From the NCBI GenBank assembly GCA_008632985.1, contig QPGO01000230.1, positions 1-64,000 on the forward strand: a stretch of DNA of 64,000 bases. The letters run 5' to 3'. A program made the position numbers and the translations under genes. Source of the stretch: Psammoneis japonica. Lineage: Eukaryota. The notes beneath the pieces are model-generated. The model was given only the letters and a program-made list of their open reading frames with translations. It was not told the origin of the DNA and did no database searches. Shown here in pieces: positions 12,970 through 25,115 of the stretch (positions within the stretch are counted from its first letter, which is position 1; each line of letters begins with the position of its first letter).

Positions 12970-15900
12970 CGTGCAGATTCTGTGGGCGTCCATTGTCACT
13001 TTGTGCTTTTTGCATCACGGGTCATTTTCGAAAGATTCCCATTGGCCCTTTTTGGAGCATGCTCAGATGGCAAGGAAGGTGCAGGGGGATCCAAAGCTTG
13101 GTCGAGTTGACAATGACAATGCAAATGCTGACAGCAGCATGTCCAATTGTGTTTTCTCAGGTGCGAATTGTTCTTGGACATGATTTTTCCCAGTTGCTCC
13201 CTTCATGCCTGCATTGTTTCTGTGTGTTGTGCAGAGCTTTCAGAAGGTGTCAGCCCATGCATCCCAAAATCCAACATGCCTGTTCTTTGATTGCCTCACA
13301 AGCATTTTCATCATTTCTGGGATGCAGGCAATGCTGATCAGCACTTCAAGGAGAGCTGTGATGCGGCGATCAATCTCAACACCAGCCATTGTGGAAAGCA
13401 TCATGGGCATGATGCCGAGTGGAACAGAGGGCGTGCTGTTGAAGAAGAGGCAGTGTGTTGGCTTCAGCTGTCTTTTGAGGTGTTGCCCCTGGCAGTTGTT
13501 GACATTCATGCCATGAGGGTCTTTCTCATTTGGCTCAAATGCACATTGGAAGATGGGCGGCTTGTTCCCTGTTGCAGGCAAATCAGTGGTGTCCTGAACA
13601 GACTTTTGAAGGGTCGCGGCATCAATGTCAAAGTCTGTTTGGAGACAGCAGCAATTGCAAAGACACATGATGATGGTGGCTCCACTGGTGCAAAGGCTCT
13701 TGCAGAGCAAATTTTGAATGTGACATTGCTTGACAAAAAGACTGGAAAAATTGATGATTGTGAGAGAGAGTCATCTTCCCGCTGACCCAGTGAAGGGATG
13801 CTTGGCTGTGCGGTGACTGGCGCCATTGTCCACAGGCTTCTCACAGTGCAATTGCTGAAACCAGTCTCTTCCAACCTCCAAGGCTTGATTCAGCCACCCG
13901 AGCTCAATGTCGCACAGGTTGGCAGCATGGCTGACGTTTTTGGTGGAGGACAAGTTGTTGCGAGAGATGCTGTGGTTAGAATTGGCAACTGCAGAGGCAT
14001 GGGAGTTCCCACAAAATGTGGTGGTGAGCTGGTGGGCCATGGAACAGCTCTGGTCCAAATTGATGATGTGTTCTTAGAATCATGGAAGCTGCAATTCAGA
14101 TTCTCAGACAACAAAGCAGACAAGCCAAACTGTGCAAAGGGAGTGCCAGTTGGAGAAGCTTGCAGAAGAGACTGCTCTGACACTGCTCTGCTCCAGACAA
14201 GCCACCTCTGAGTGCCACCTCCAGAAGAATGCGACTCGGATTGTCCATTCTCTTTGCTGAAAAAGATCTGAACTCAGAGGGAAGCACTGTTTCCCAGGTG
14301 CAAAACAAGGAAAAAGACTTGGCAGCACACACAGATTCCTTGGCTCCAGACAATGACACCACTGATTCAGTGCAGAACAACACATTGTCCAATGCAAGCA
14401 TGGAACCAAATGGAGCCAAAGCAAGTGCCAACATGATGGCGACTGCAACACCAGATAAAATCTTAGACATGCTTTTAGATGCATCAAAACTGGATGAAAG
14501 CACCAAGAACAAGCTTCAAAGCTGTGCCAAAAATGACACATTTCACACAATGAACACACTGCTGGTGCACTGTGATTGTCCCATTGGTCTGCACCTGTGT
14601 GAACTTGCCTGATGGGCAACCTTCATTTGCAATGAGACAAAGACTGCCAACCACTGTGTGCAGTGTTGAAATTGAAAGGTCTCTCTCTTGAAGAAATGGA
14701 AGAGTGTGAGCATCACAACAAAGAATGCTTTCAAGCATGGGCGAGGATGCTGTGTCCTGTTGGTGACATGCACACTTCTGATCATTGTCTTGCACACAAA
14801 TTGATTTGAAAGAGCAATGCTTTCAAAGAATGCCGCACCCCAGAACTTGATGCATGGTCCATCAGCACAGCAGCAAAGGCCAAGAAAGGTTGGTTTGAGC
14901 CTGTGCCAGATGTTCCAGTTCATCAAGAGAAGGGCATGGAATCAGATGGTCTCCAACTGTGGTGGCATGGCAGTGGAACTGACCAATTAGAAAATTTCCA
15001 CCAGAAGCTTTGGGCAGCACTTCTGGTTGGTCAAGCAACAAGCAGTGTTGAAACAGCCCGCCATCTGTTGGCACTTCAAACTTTCAGATGCAACGTCAAT
15101 GCTGGCACACTGAGCTGTGACAAGCCTGACCTTGGCCATCCATGTCTTCACACTCTTGATGAGTTGCAGAACATTGTTCAGAAGCTGTTCAATGTCATCA
15201 TGCTTCCCAGTCACAAGAATCTCTCAGATTTGAAGCCAACTCAAACTGATTGGGTCGGTGTCGGAAAGTCCACCCAAGATCCACAATTTGTTGCAATTTG
15301 TTCAATGCTTGGATGAGCCAGAAGAAGCATTGACACTGTCTTTGAAATTCTTGGCAAAGCAACTTGGGTTGCAACACCTGATGATTCCATGCAAAACAAG
15401 GGCAGACCATCTGGTTTGAAAGCAATGGTTGGGTGGCCTGAAAGGGAAACCAAAAGAAACAGACTTTGAGCAGCTTGTGATCATGCACAAAGAGCTCTCA
15501 AATGGCACAGGCATGTTTCCCAAAACAATGTCAATGGTCAAGTTGGAGTGGCAAAAGGACAAAGCAAGAGATGCACTGAAGCACACAAAGTCAGCAATGA
15601 AAGCTGAGCATGATGGCATCATTCGGAGTCTCCGTCCACAATGGGCTTCACCACCAGAAGTGTCAAAGCAACTGCATCAAAAACTGCCATTGCTGAAGAA
15701 GGCAAGAAGCCCTCTGTTTGTGTTCCACCCATCCAGGCCCCATGCCAATCCAGCAAGGTGCCCTCTGCACAGCAAAATGGAGCATGTGGTGCGTGCCGTG
15801 ACTTGGGTTGCAAACTCATGGCCAGGCAGTGCAACAGCTAGACTCATGCAGGTTGCAAGTGCTGCAGGGCAACTGCAAACCAACCATGAAAGTGAAGCTG

Positions 15901-16870
15901 AAAAAATGTCTGATCCATGCAGACAACATGCTTGGACGAGTTTGTGCATGGCCTGCCATGCCAGTGCATGCAGAGGATTCACAAAAAACTCTTGCAAGTT
16001 CTCTCAGGTGGAAATGGAATTTTTGCAATGCCTGCTGAGCATGACAGAAAAGCAGTTGAAACAAAAATGGAACAACAGGCAAAAAACTGTTGGGAAGCAA
16101 TGCAAAACGGTGCAAGTGGCGGCAAAGAAATCAGCCCCCAACCCAAAATGTCACTGACTTGCCAATGGAGACGTTCATTTTGAGATTGTGCTGGACAATG
16201 AGGCAACACAAGTGCTGGTGGATGAAACCAACTGTGCTCATGCAATTCTTGGTGAAACTGATTTGCTGAGGCTGCTGCATGGGGTCTCTGTCAATGCCCA
16301 GAACGTGCAGGGACTTGCTTCATTCTGGTGCACTCATTGACAATGATGTCATTCAAGGATGCCTCAGCTTGCTCTGACAGCAATTTTCCCAGCTTGGCAC
16401 TCAAGTCATCAATGCAACTTTTTGCAAACAGCTGAAGCAGTTCAAGTGGGCTGATGTTGACAGATGGTCAAAAGAACTTGATGGCGAGCCTGGAATGTGG
16501 GTGACTGCAAAAGTCATTCTTGCACCCATCTTCTTGGGATCAAGCACGGCTGGCCACTGGTTGAATTTTTTTGATGATTGCTGTTTTGAAGGAGATGCCG
16601 CCAGCACCAGAGAGCTTTTGGTGTGTGCAGACAGCCTCCAGCCAAACACCATCTTGCAACGGCTCCAGCAAAAGCTTGTTGGTGTGCCGCTGAGTCCAGA
16701 AAGGCCGGGTGGGGAGCACGCCACTCCTCCACATGCAGGGCAAGGGCCCAATGATTGTGCTGTTCATTTGCATGTGAAAAAGCATCAGAAAATGAGGCAC
16801 TGCACACTTGCTGCCACCACATTCAAAAGCAGACAGCAACATTCTCATTCTCTGAAGATTCAACCTTGAA
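12970..16870 (+). mobile_element. Degraded large DNA-transposon ORF: putative DDE transposase with an embedded DEDD 3'-5' exonuclease-like domain and a C-terminal Ulp1/C48 protease
   Basis: Exonuclease-like GHDAEW and KALAEQILNVTLLDK...MLGCAVTGA (about 13385-13830). DTFH (DxxH) at about 14535. GTDQLENFHQKL at about 14975. Ulp1-like IDNDVIQGCLSLL, VDRWSK, ILAPIF...GHW, DSL, Q..NDC (about 16310-16780). Confidence 0.6.
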
Positions 16871-18452
16871 CAACTGGGGGTGCTTGGGTCATCATCATGT
16901 CTTGCAGAGATCACACGAAGGCAAAATTGATCTTAACAACCTTGTTGTTGCTTGGACTTCAGCATCTGTTTGCCTCAGGGATTCAGAAATTCACAAAAAT
17001 GTCAGCACAGACCAAGCTGGTGAGAAAAGTGGAGTGAGCAAAATGCACATTGTGGTGATGTTTCATGTCATCAAAACAAATGTGTGCTTGCAGAGCAACA
17101 CACAAAAACAAGCACTTTGGCTCTTCCCTTGTTTTTGAAAGTCACAATCCACTGCCTGGCCTGTCGTTGGGACCATCTCGAGTGGCTGCCAAGAGGCCCA
17201 GTGCACGCCAAAAAAGGGGAGTGAGCATGATGCATGTCTTGGTGCCATTTAAGATCACAACAGACTCACAGCACAGCACAAAACAGAAAGCATGACAGTG
17301 CAGTTCTTTGTTGCCTCCCTGTTGCAATCCTGGAATCCAGCCTTTGAGTGCAGTGCTGCAGGGCTCTCTCAAGCTGCTGCCAAGGGACTGAGCATCATGG
17401 GGAGAAAGGCATCATGAGCAAAATGCACATTTTGGTGAGATGTGCCATTGCTGAACAATGCTCACAGGACCCCAACATGAACCATGCCACATTTGATTGT
17501 TGTGAAATTGTGTGGAAACTGCAAGGTGTTGTGCAACATTGTCAGAAGTGGCAAGCACAAGAAAGACACGATGCTGAGCAACAAGTGGAGTTGTGTGCAT
17601 GAGCCACCAATCAACACAAACTCAACAAACACACCACACAAAATGCAGCATCAGTTTTTGCACTGAGTCATGATTCACAATTTTGGTCAGCACAAAATCA
17701 AAACCATGCAGTGGGCTCTCGTGCAAGCGCAAATTCAATCTGGTGTCTCGAGTCAAGTAAAACAGCCCTTGCCCTTGTGGCAACATTTCTCATTCACTGT
17801 TTTTCTCATTTCACTGGGGTCCACAGCTTGCAGGCAATGTGACAGAAATTGTGCCAAAAATCAAATGCTCATTCCTGTGAATGTAAGACACAAAAGAGCC
17901 AAGCATGTGGATGTTTGAGAGAGCAAGAGAAACAGAGAGACATTTCATGAAATGCAAAAAATGGATTGCAGCGGCTTGCCTTCAATGCATCATGAGCCAA
18001 CCCCCCCCCACACTTGTTCTTAAAGCTCCCATTGCTGTCTCAACACAAACAAACAGCACAAACAAAATGCACAGTTTTTGGAAAGCAGAGATGCCATTTC
18101 AAAAACTCTTTTTCAAAAACTCTGCAACAAAGTGCTGCGGAGAGTCCCAAGGCTCTTGACCTCTTGTTTTTTGGAGTCTGCTCTCTCTCTTCACCTCAAG
18201 ATTCACGCACCGGTGGAACCTGCACAAAATTGTGGCAGGGCAAAGAGAGATTTTTCCCCATGTGAACGACACCTCCCCTCGTTCAGAGGTGCACAAATCG
18301 TCTGTTGTCGCCCGATGCGCGGAAACGCGCAGTCGACAAAACAATGAGGTGGATCACACGCGTGGATCTTCAACGCAAGATCTGTCACATGCTGCACCCG
18401 CAAGAAATTTTATGGAGCGAAATCAAAATTTCCACAATTTCCCTCCAACGCA

Positions 18453-19040
18453 ATGTTTCGGCACAACACACTTGGCATCCATGTTCTGTCACACCCAACA
18501 ACATCATCACTTGCACCGACATCAGACTGTCTCCAAAACATGCCAAGGTCACAGTTGCTTGCATGCAATCAATGCCAATGCAATTGGAGTGATTGCGAAT
18601 TGTTTTGTAAAGAGATTGGTCAGCACTGCATTGCCACCAATGCTGCGCATCCGTTGTTGGGTCATTGTCGAGTTCCAGAAGGGAAAAAGCCGGGCACTGT
18701 TGCTTTGAGAGCTTCATTCATTCGGTTGCTTGGACAGGGATTCAAGGGAAAAGGTGAAATGGTCATTGCGAGACACCATTTTTACCTCAAGTTGATGGAG
18801 AGGAGCAGAATAAAAAAATCCACACGACTTGCTGCCGAGGATGGAGTGCAGATTGAGTTGGATCCGTTGCCTGGTGCCGGGGGTGCATTTCGAAATGTCA
18901 CTGCTCCCATGGATTTGGATGCTGCCCGCAGTGTGGGCATTGTGCATGAATCCGAGCGTGTGTTGCTGGAGGAAATGATGGATGGCACCAACAAGCATGG
19001 ATGTGTCCAAGCGCCGCTTGCCTCCAGAGGGGATGTGCGG
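18453..19040 (+). pseudogene. N-terminal (THAP-like) part of the P transposase, interrupted by the copia element
   Basis: Cys pair (KTCQGHSC) and IARHHF near the left TIR. The reading frame VQAPLASRGDV continues as QAITNSFSSERAARAV after the far LTR. Confidence 0.5.
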
Positions 19041-19216
19041 TGAACAAATTACCCCGCAGTCGCTTGCTGGAGAGCAAAGTTGTAGAAAATCGTTGTGACA
19101 TCGTGCCACCATTTCTAAGATTGTGAGCAGATCTCGGATGGAGTCTTCCCGTTCCGAATCGCCAAATGTGCAGTTCCAAACACCATTTCCGACAAAACCA
19201 CATGGTAAATTCTTCA
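19041..19216 (-). repeat. 3' LTR (176 bp)
   Basis: TGAACAAATT...AATTCTTCA, homologous to 27354-27529 and 30901-31076. Confidence 0.92.
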
Positions 19217-19490
19217 GTCCCCTCAAGTCGTTGAAGTGGACACTGAATCGGCTTGATCCAAATTACACTCCGACAGTGTTTAGCCACAACCAAGTGACAA
19301 GGAAACCCCAATGACCTGCTGAAACCCAAATTGGGAAAGGGTGCCGGTCTAAAACCATGCCCTTCCAAGAAGCGCATGGAAGGAATGCGAGCCAACATGC
19401 CCGCCAGTGCAAGCTGACATGCTTGCTAGATGTGAGGAGAAACAGAAAAAGAATCAGTCGAAGAAGCGACTGTTCATTCTTCATTCATCC

Positions 19491-22400
19491 TCAATCATCA
19501 CATGTGTTGTGTGGTGTCACACCAACGAGGCCATCTTGCTTGATGCCACCGCACATGATCTTAGTCGCAAGATCAGCCGGATTGCATTCCGATCTAACAT
19601 GTCCTGCAAGGGAAACACCCACAGCCACCGACTCCCCAACGGCATGGTGGCACATGGAGTTAGACTTCTTCTTCAAAGTCGACTCTGGGCTTTGGGTGTT
19701 GTGGATGACTGACATGTTGTCCCCACAAATGTGTGATGGTCCGCTGAGCGGGACTCCCATCATCCTGAGTTTGTGCCTTGGGCCTCGCAAAGCTTCCATG
19801 CCCTGCTTCACAGCCACAAACTCAGCACCAAAGACTGAAGTCTCGATGGTGCTCTGGCACTTGGAGAACCAGGCAATCAATGCCATGTTCAAACAGACAA
19901 AATGACCAGCGCGAGAGCGTCTCGTCACTTTGTCATTCGCATGATCTGAATCTACAAATGGACGCAGATCAATGTCCTTGCCCAGAGCTTCTGGTGCATT
20001 CGGCAGAATTGCCTCCTTAATGTCCCCGTAGAATGCCTGCCAATCACATTCCTTAAAGTCAGACATGTCGACATCCGGGTGCGTCGGATCGAACGCTAAC
20101 GTGGCATCATGTCCATTCTTGAGGCATCCACACACATGTGGGACTGCGTCGAGATGACCTTCTCTGGGCATGGCAAGGAATGAGGCAAGCTCGGACACCT
20201 CTACCATGAGGTCGACTCATCCGAGTTCCACCATCCAGCGTGGGACTCCTGCCTGCGACTGGTGAAATCAAGCCCGCTCTGCATCAAGCTCTGGCGTGAT
20301 GTCGAGCTCCGGTCGACAGTCGCACGGAAATGGAGCCGTTGCCTTGCGTGGCAACGTCCATCCGGGAGTAGACTCATCTAGATGCCCCTCGACATTTCTG
20401 ATGGCCTGTTGGATGTGCTTGCCAGAGCTCATGCTCCACGCGCAGACACCGTTCGGCATTTGCACTTCACGGATCTTCGCCCCGAGGCACATCTCAGGGT
20501 CACCGATGGATCCGGGTTTCATCTTGAAGCATCGGTCCAATTCCTTGAGCGCCAACGCAGCGTCGTGGTGCACCATGAGCACGTCGTCGACATGCAACAG
20601 TGCACAGGCGTGGCAACGGAACCCATCATCTGGTCGAACTTGTGCCTTCATCCACACATTGGGATCAGCTGGACATGGTTCCCAACCAAGATGACGCATG
20701 CACGATGCCAAGTGGTTCCTGAAGGATGCACCTGCACTCTTCAATCCGTACAATGCGCGCTTAACTGTGGCACGCTTCCCAGCATTGGGTCCAAACTCAG
20801 GTCCCAGAGTTGCAGTGATCTTCTCGCTGTTAGGTGCGGTGACATGGGCATTCTCAATGTCTGCAGCCTTGACCTCTGAGTCATTTAGAGCCGCTGGAGC
20901 GAAGGCAATCCTTGCACTTTCACGGGAGACGACGCTTGCGTACGTCAGGGTCGCTGGAGGTTCAGTGGCATGTCCCCCTGCGACATGACGAGCCTTCCGC
21001 TTGAAGTCTTGTAGTTTGACATCAAAGACCAAGTGGCAGCGGACATGCTGGCAACCCACAAGTTCCTCGTCATCGTCAACAATCTCAAAGGCTTTCGCAA
21101 CGACTTCGATCTCCTCATCTACGGCGTCCTGCCACAAGCGGTCGCCGTCAGCCTTGTCGATCTCGACTGCCTCTTCACAGGTCTTGGGAATGCGCATCCC
21201 GTGCTTGTGAGTGCGCTTGTGACATCGCTTGTTCACAGCGGCTATGATTTGCTGACGTTTCTTGACGGTGAAGGGAACCCACCATGCGAATGCGGGTTCA
21301 TCCTCTGTGGATCTAGCCCCAGCACACTCTGCCATTTCTGCTGGGTTAGATTCCTTCAAGTCGGACAGTCGTTCCCAAGATGTGGATCTGTCTTTCCATT
21401 GCACGCAAAGATGCCAGCCTTTGGCAGTCTTGCGCATGGATTGACGTCCTCGACTGTCTTGGATGAAGGCGTCCTCCTTCTTGACAGCATGCCCGTCAGT
21501 CTTGTGATCAACAATTGCATCTGGCAACAAGTGCTGGTTGCCTTCATTGTCACACTGTGCGAACACATTCTCAGCGATGACATTCGCCGCAAATTCCACT
21601 TCCTGTCCATCAGGAAACTCGACCTCACACACACGAGTGTCAAGCATTGGGTTTGGGTTAGCCCGTCCGGCAGGTGTGCCGTCCGGATTGAGCTTGCGTC
21701 GCTTCACTGTCCCAGTCTGTTCCATGTCCCCGTGAGGTGGCAGTGCTTCTGCATTGACATGTTGATCATAGGCTTCGTCTGGTGTGTCATCCTCATCGGA
21801 GGCACTAGACGGAACATCCTGTTCCTTGTCATCCTCGTGTGGTTCGAAGGTGGGAGCAATTGCGTCAGGGTCGTCAAAGTCCCCGACGGTCATGCCAGGG
21901 CCTAGCTTGACCTCTGTCAACCTGTCAAACTTTTCACGCAACGCCATGTGCGTCTTGTGTCCCTGCTCCTTGGGAGTTGGTGCCCTGTAAGATGAGCGAT
22001 GGACAGCCTGTCCGTTCTCCTTGAGTGTCTTGGCCGTCATGGCTGGGCCCACATCCCTGCTCGGACCCAGACATCGCCCCAGGACTTCCTTGTCCTCGGG
22101 AAATGAGACTGCCGTGTCTCGAAACATGACCCAGTCGCACCAGCCTGGTTCGCATGTGTGCGAGATGTCAGCCGTCTGACCGGACACAACAGTTTCTGGG
22201 ACTTCACCGTCAAGCTCATAGATGCTTCGAGTGGTGTTGGACCTGACAAGGCCTTCCAGTTCCAGGCAATCATCCCACAGGCATTTTGGGGCCTGTGACT
22301 TGACCATCTTGCGCCCAACACCTTGCTTGAGTTCACGGATTGTGCCCTCTGCGGTGTTGGACCAAGGGGTGTGTGGTTCAGTTTGTCTCACATGGCAATC

Positions 22401-23618
22401 AGCCTCCCTGGCTTTCTTGCTAAACTGCCCCATTGTCTCTTCTCTCACCCCGTCCACTGGCACAGTGTGGGGCATGCCTTCTTGCGCGAAGAGCAATGAC
22501 AACGCCTCGTGCTCCAGACGTTTTGACTTCAATGGACAAGCGCGTGCCCATCCATTGGACATTGCGAACACTTGTGCACACACATTCCCTCGCCCAGACT
22601 TGACAGAGGAGAACATGGTGTCGGAGCACATCTCCTTTGAGATGCGCCTGCATCGCAGTTGTTGATCATTGGTGCAGAAACGTCGTGACAGCGCAGGATG
22701 TAGAACCATCCTAGCTCCACGCTGTGTCGTAACCTTGAGAGTGTTCTGAGCATCCTTGAGGCTGATGGACCAATTCTCGGCCAAATGTTCAGCATCAACC
22801 TTGAAGCTGCGCTTCGTCGTCTTGAGCGAAGACAGTTTCATGGATGCCAGTGGCAAACGGTCATCACACGCATTGGAAATGTCACGTGACGGCTGATTCC
22901 CCAGAGAGTCTGAGGTCTCTTGAGCTGCAGTGCGTGAGAGCTTCGTGCTCATGATGTGTGCATGAGGACGCGCATTGTCCCCGGTCTCATGCACTCTGCC
23001 AAGAGCATCGGTCATGGCATCTTCCCCAGCGTGGAAATCAGAGGAGGCGGGGTCCCATTCCGGGGACTCATGCATGAGTTCGCACACGCTCCCATCTTGG
23101 GCCGCATCCTCGCATTGAGACAAAGTCGGGACACTGGAGGGGAAGCAGCTCGAGACTCCCTCCAGGTCCAAAGGTGTGGCCAATGAAGTGCCATTTGCGT
23201 CCTTGGCGACAATCACATGTTCCTTTTCATTGGGCTTTGCCAGCAGAAACTTCGGTTTTAATGAAAGTTCCACGTCATTCAGCCACAACTGCATTGGACA
23301 CAGCAAGTTGTGCTCAAGGTGTGGTGTGTGGACTGCTTGGTGGACAACCAAGACATGTGGGTGGCCCGTCTGAGGATCGGTGTGAGTGACAGCTCCACTG
23401 ACGGTGCGCAGACGCTTGCTGGCACCCAATGTCGGGTCGCACCCTTCTGTGTCTGCTGGCCTGTCATGGTCAAGTAAAATTAAAGCGTGCTTGCCTGGTG
23501 CGCTCATGTCTGCATGACCATCGATGTCCGTGCGAGACTCTTCGTTTGATGGTCCCTTGGCCTTTGTCTGGGTTGAGCGCAAAGTCTGCAACGGACTGAG
23601 CTGCATGACAGCCACCAT
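19491..23618 (-). pseudogene. pol: copia pol (PR, integrase, RT, RNase H), inactivated
   Basis: DIDGHAD (PR). SDTMFS / VDG / AEGTIRELK (IN). ALYGLKSAG, LLHVDD (RT). FVDSDHA, STIETSVFGAEF, NPADLATK (RH). Stops around 20210-20270 and many Tyr->Cys/His changes. Confidence 0.92.
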
Positions 23619-23624
23619 TGGCGG

Positions 23625-25115
23625 TCACTCCTTGCGACATCCAGCCTTGGGGACATGCTTGCGAGCAGCCTTGCGAATCAACGCCTTGTTGTCGCGGTTT
23701 CGATCCTGCTTGGCAGCCAGAGGCTTCATTGGCTCTTCAGTTTCAGATTCACTGCTGCCTTCATCAGATGAATCGTCCATCTGAGCTGAAATGGCAGCGA
23801 CCGTCTTGGTCAGAGCCTTGATCTGTTTGGCGTTACCGGCCGCCGTGGCCTTGCCGGTTTTCGTGTCACCACGTGTGTTGCGCAGCGACTTGAGCTTCTT
23901 CCTGGCCTGGGGAGACAGCTCACTGCACTCTTTGGGAGGGTGGCACTTGTCCTCCACGTCATCGGCATGAATGACAGCCTCTCGTCTACGCTTCCCAGCC
24001 TTGAGAGCCGCAACACGAAGATGTTTTGCGTCATTGTCCGGCTTGGACTGCTTGATGAAGTCCTTGAACAGAATGACGCAAGCATCAAAGTCGTTGCGCA
24101 ACGTTGCGCCAGACACAATCTGCATCTTGACTGAGTCAAGCGACGAGTCCTTGACACTTGCAAGGAGATGGCGGACCTTGGATCGTGCATCGATCCCGGC
24201 ATAACCATGCTGGGTCAAGCCATCAAGAATCGCGTGTTGTTCGACATGAACTCGCACGCAGCGCTCAAAGTTCCAATTGCGCTTTTCCCCGTGGTGGGAC
24301 AAACTGGCAAGGCGCTTTTCAGCGGCGTTCGCCATGTCATCTACATTGTTGGGGCCCAAGAAATGGTTGCACAGGTTCAGGCAGGCCGTCCTGCCATCCT
24401 GACTCCTCTGGGCCGACTTGACACAGGCCCAACTCGTGTGTTCTCGCTTGATGCCTGCAACAATTTCCCACACTTTGATGTCATCGGCCGTGAACGTTTC
24501 GGCAGGTTGAGGGTCGTTCCCAGCAGCAAAATGCGGGGCCCTCGCGATCATCTCATCGACAGGATTGTTGCAGTTGGTGGCCGGATCATCGGCCTGGGGA
24601 GTTGCTTCCTGGTTGTCACGGATGACGCACGCTAGCGGCATTTTCATCTCGCCTCGGCATGCCCGCAGATGCTCCTGAATCGACTCGATCGTCTTTGGCC
24701 AGTCCTTCTCGATGATCGTTGGTGGTGTTTCGGGTGGCACGTGGGTCTCCTCTGTGGTGCGGAAGTGTCGGCAGCCTCGCACTCATGCAAGGTTGATGTC
24801 GACAGCTCGCAATGTCCGCGACATGCGCTCACAGTGGCGAGCCACATGCGCGGCGAGCTTGAGATTTGTCTCGGCTCGCAATGGGACTGACATCCCTGGG
24901 TTGGGTTGGGCGTTCCCTCCTGCCGGCGGATTCCCTGCCGCAGCCCCTCCTGGGCGACGAATGACCTTGCATGAGGTCTCGACCTCATGGTCATCGAGAT
25001 GACGCAGTTCATCGACTGAGTCGATTCCCTGCTCATCGGTTAAAGCCGCGGCTGCTTGCGCGGTAAACCCCAGTCGGGTGTGGGCAGCACGCATCGCTGC
25101 AGCGACTGCCGCCAT
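23625..25115 (-). pseudogene. gag: copia gag with an internal in-frame TGA
   Basis: MAAVAAAMRAA start. DWPKTIESIQEHL, GEKRNWNFE, SKVRHLL and LRNDFDA are typical of diatom copia gag. Premature TGA at 24783-24785. Confidence 0.85.
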
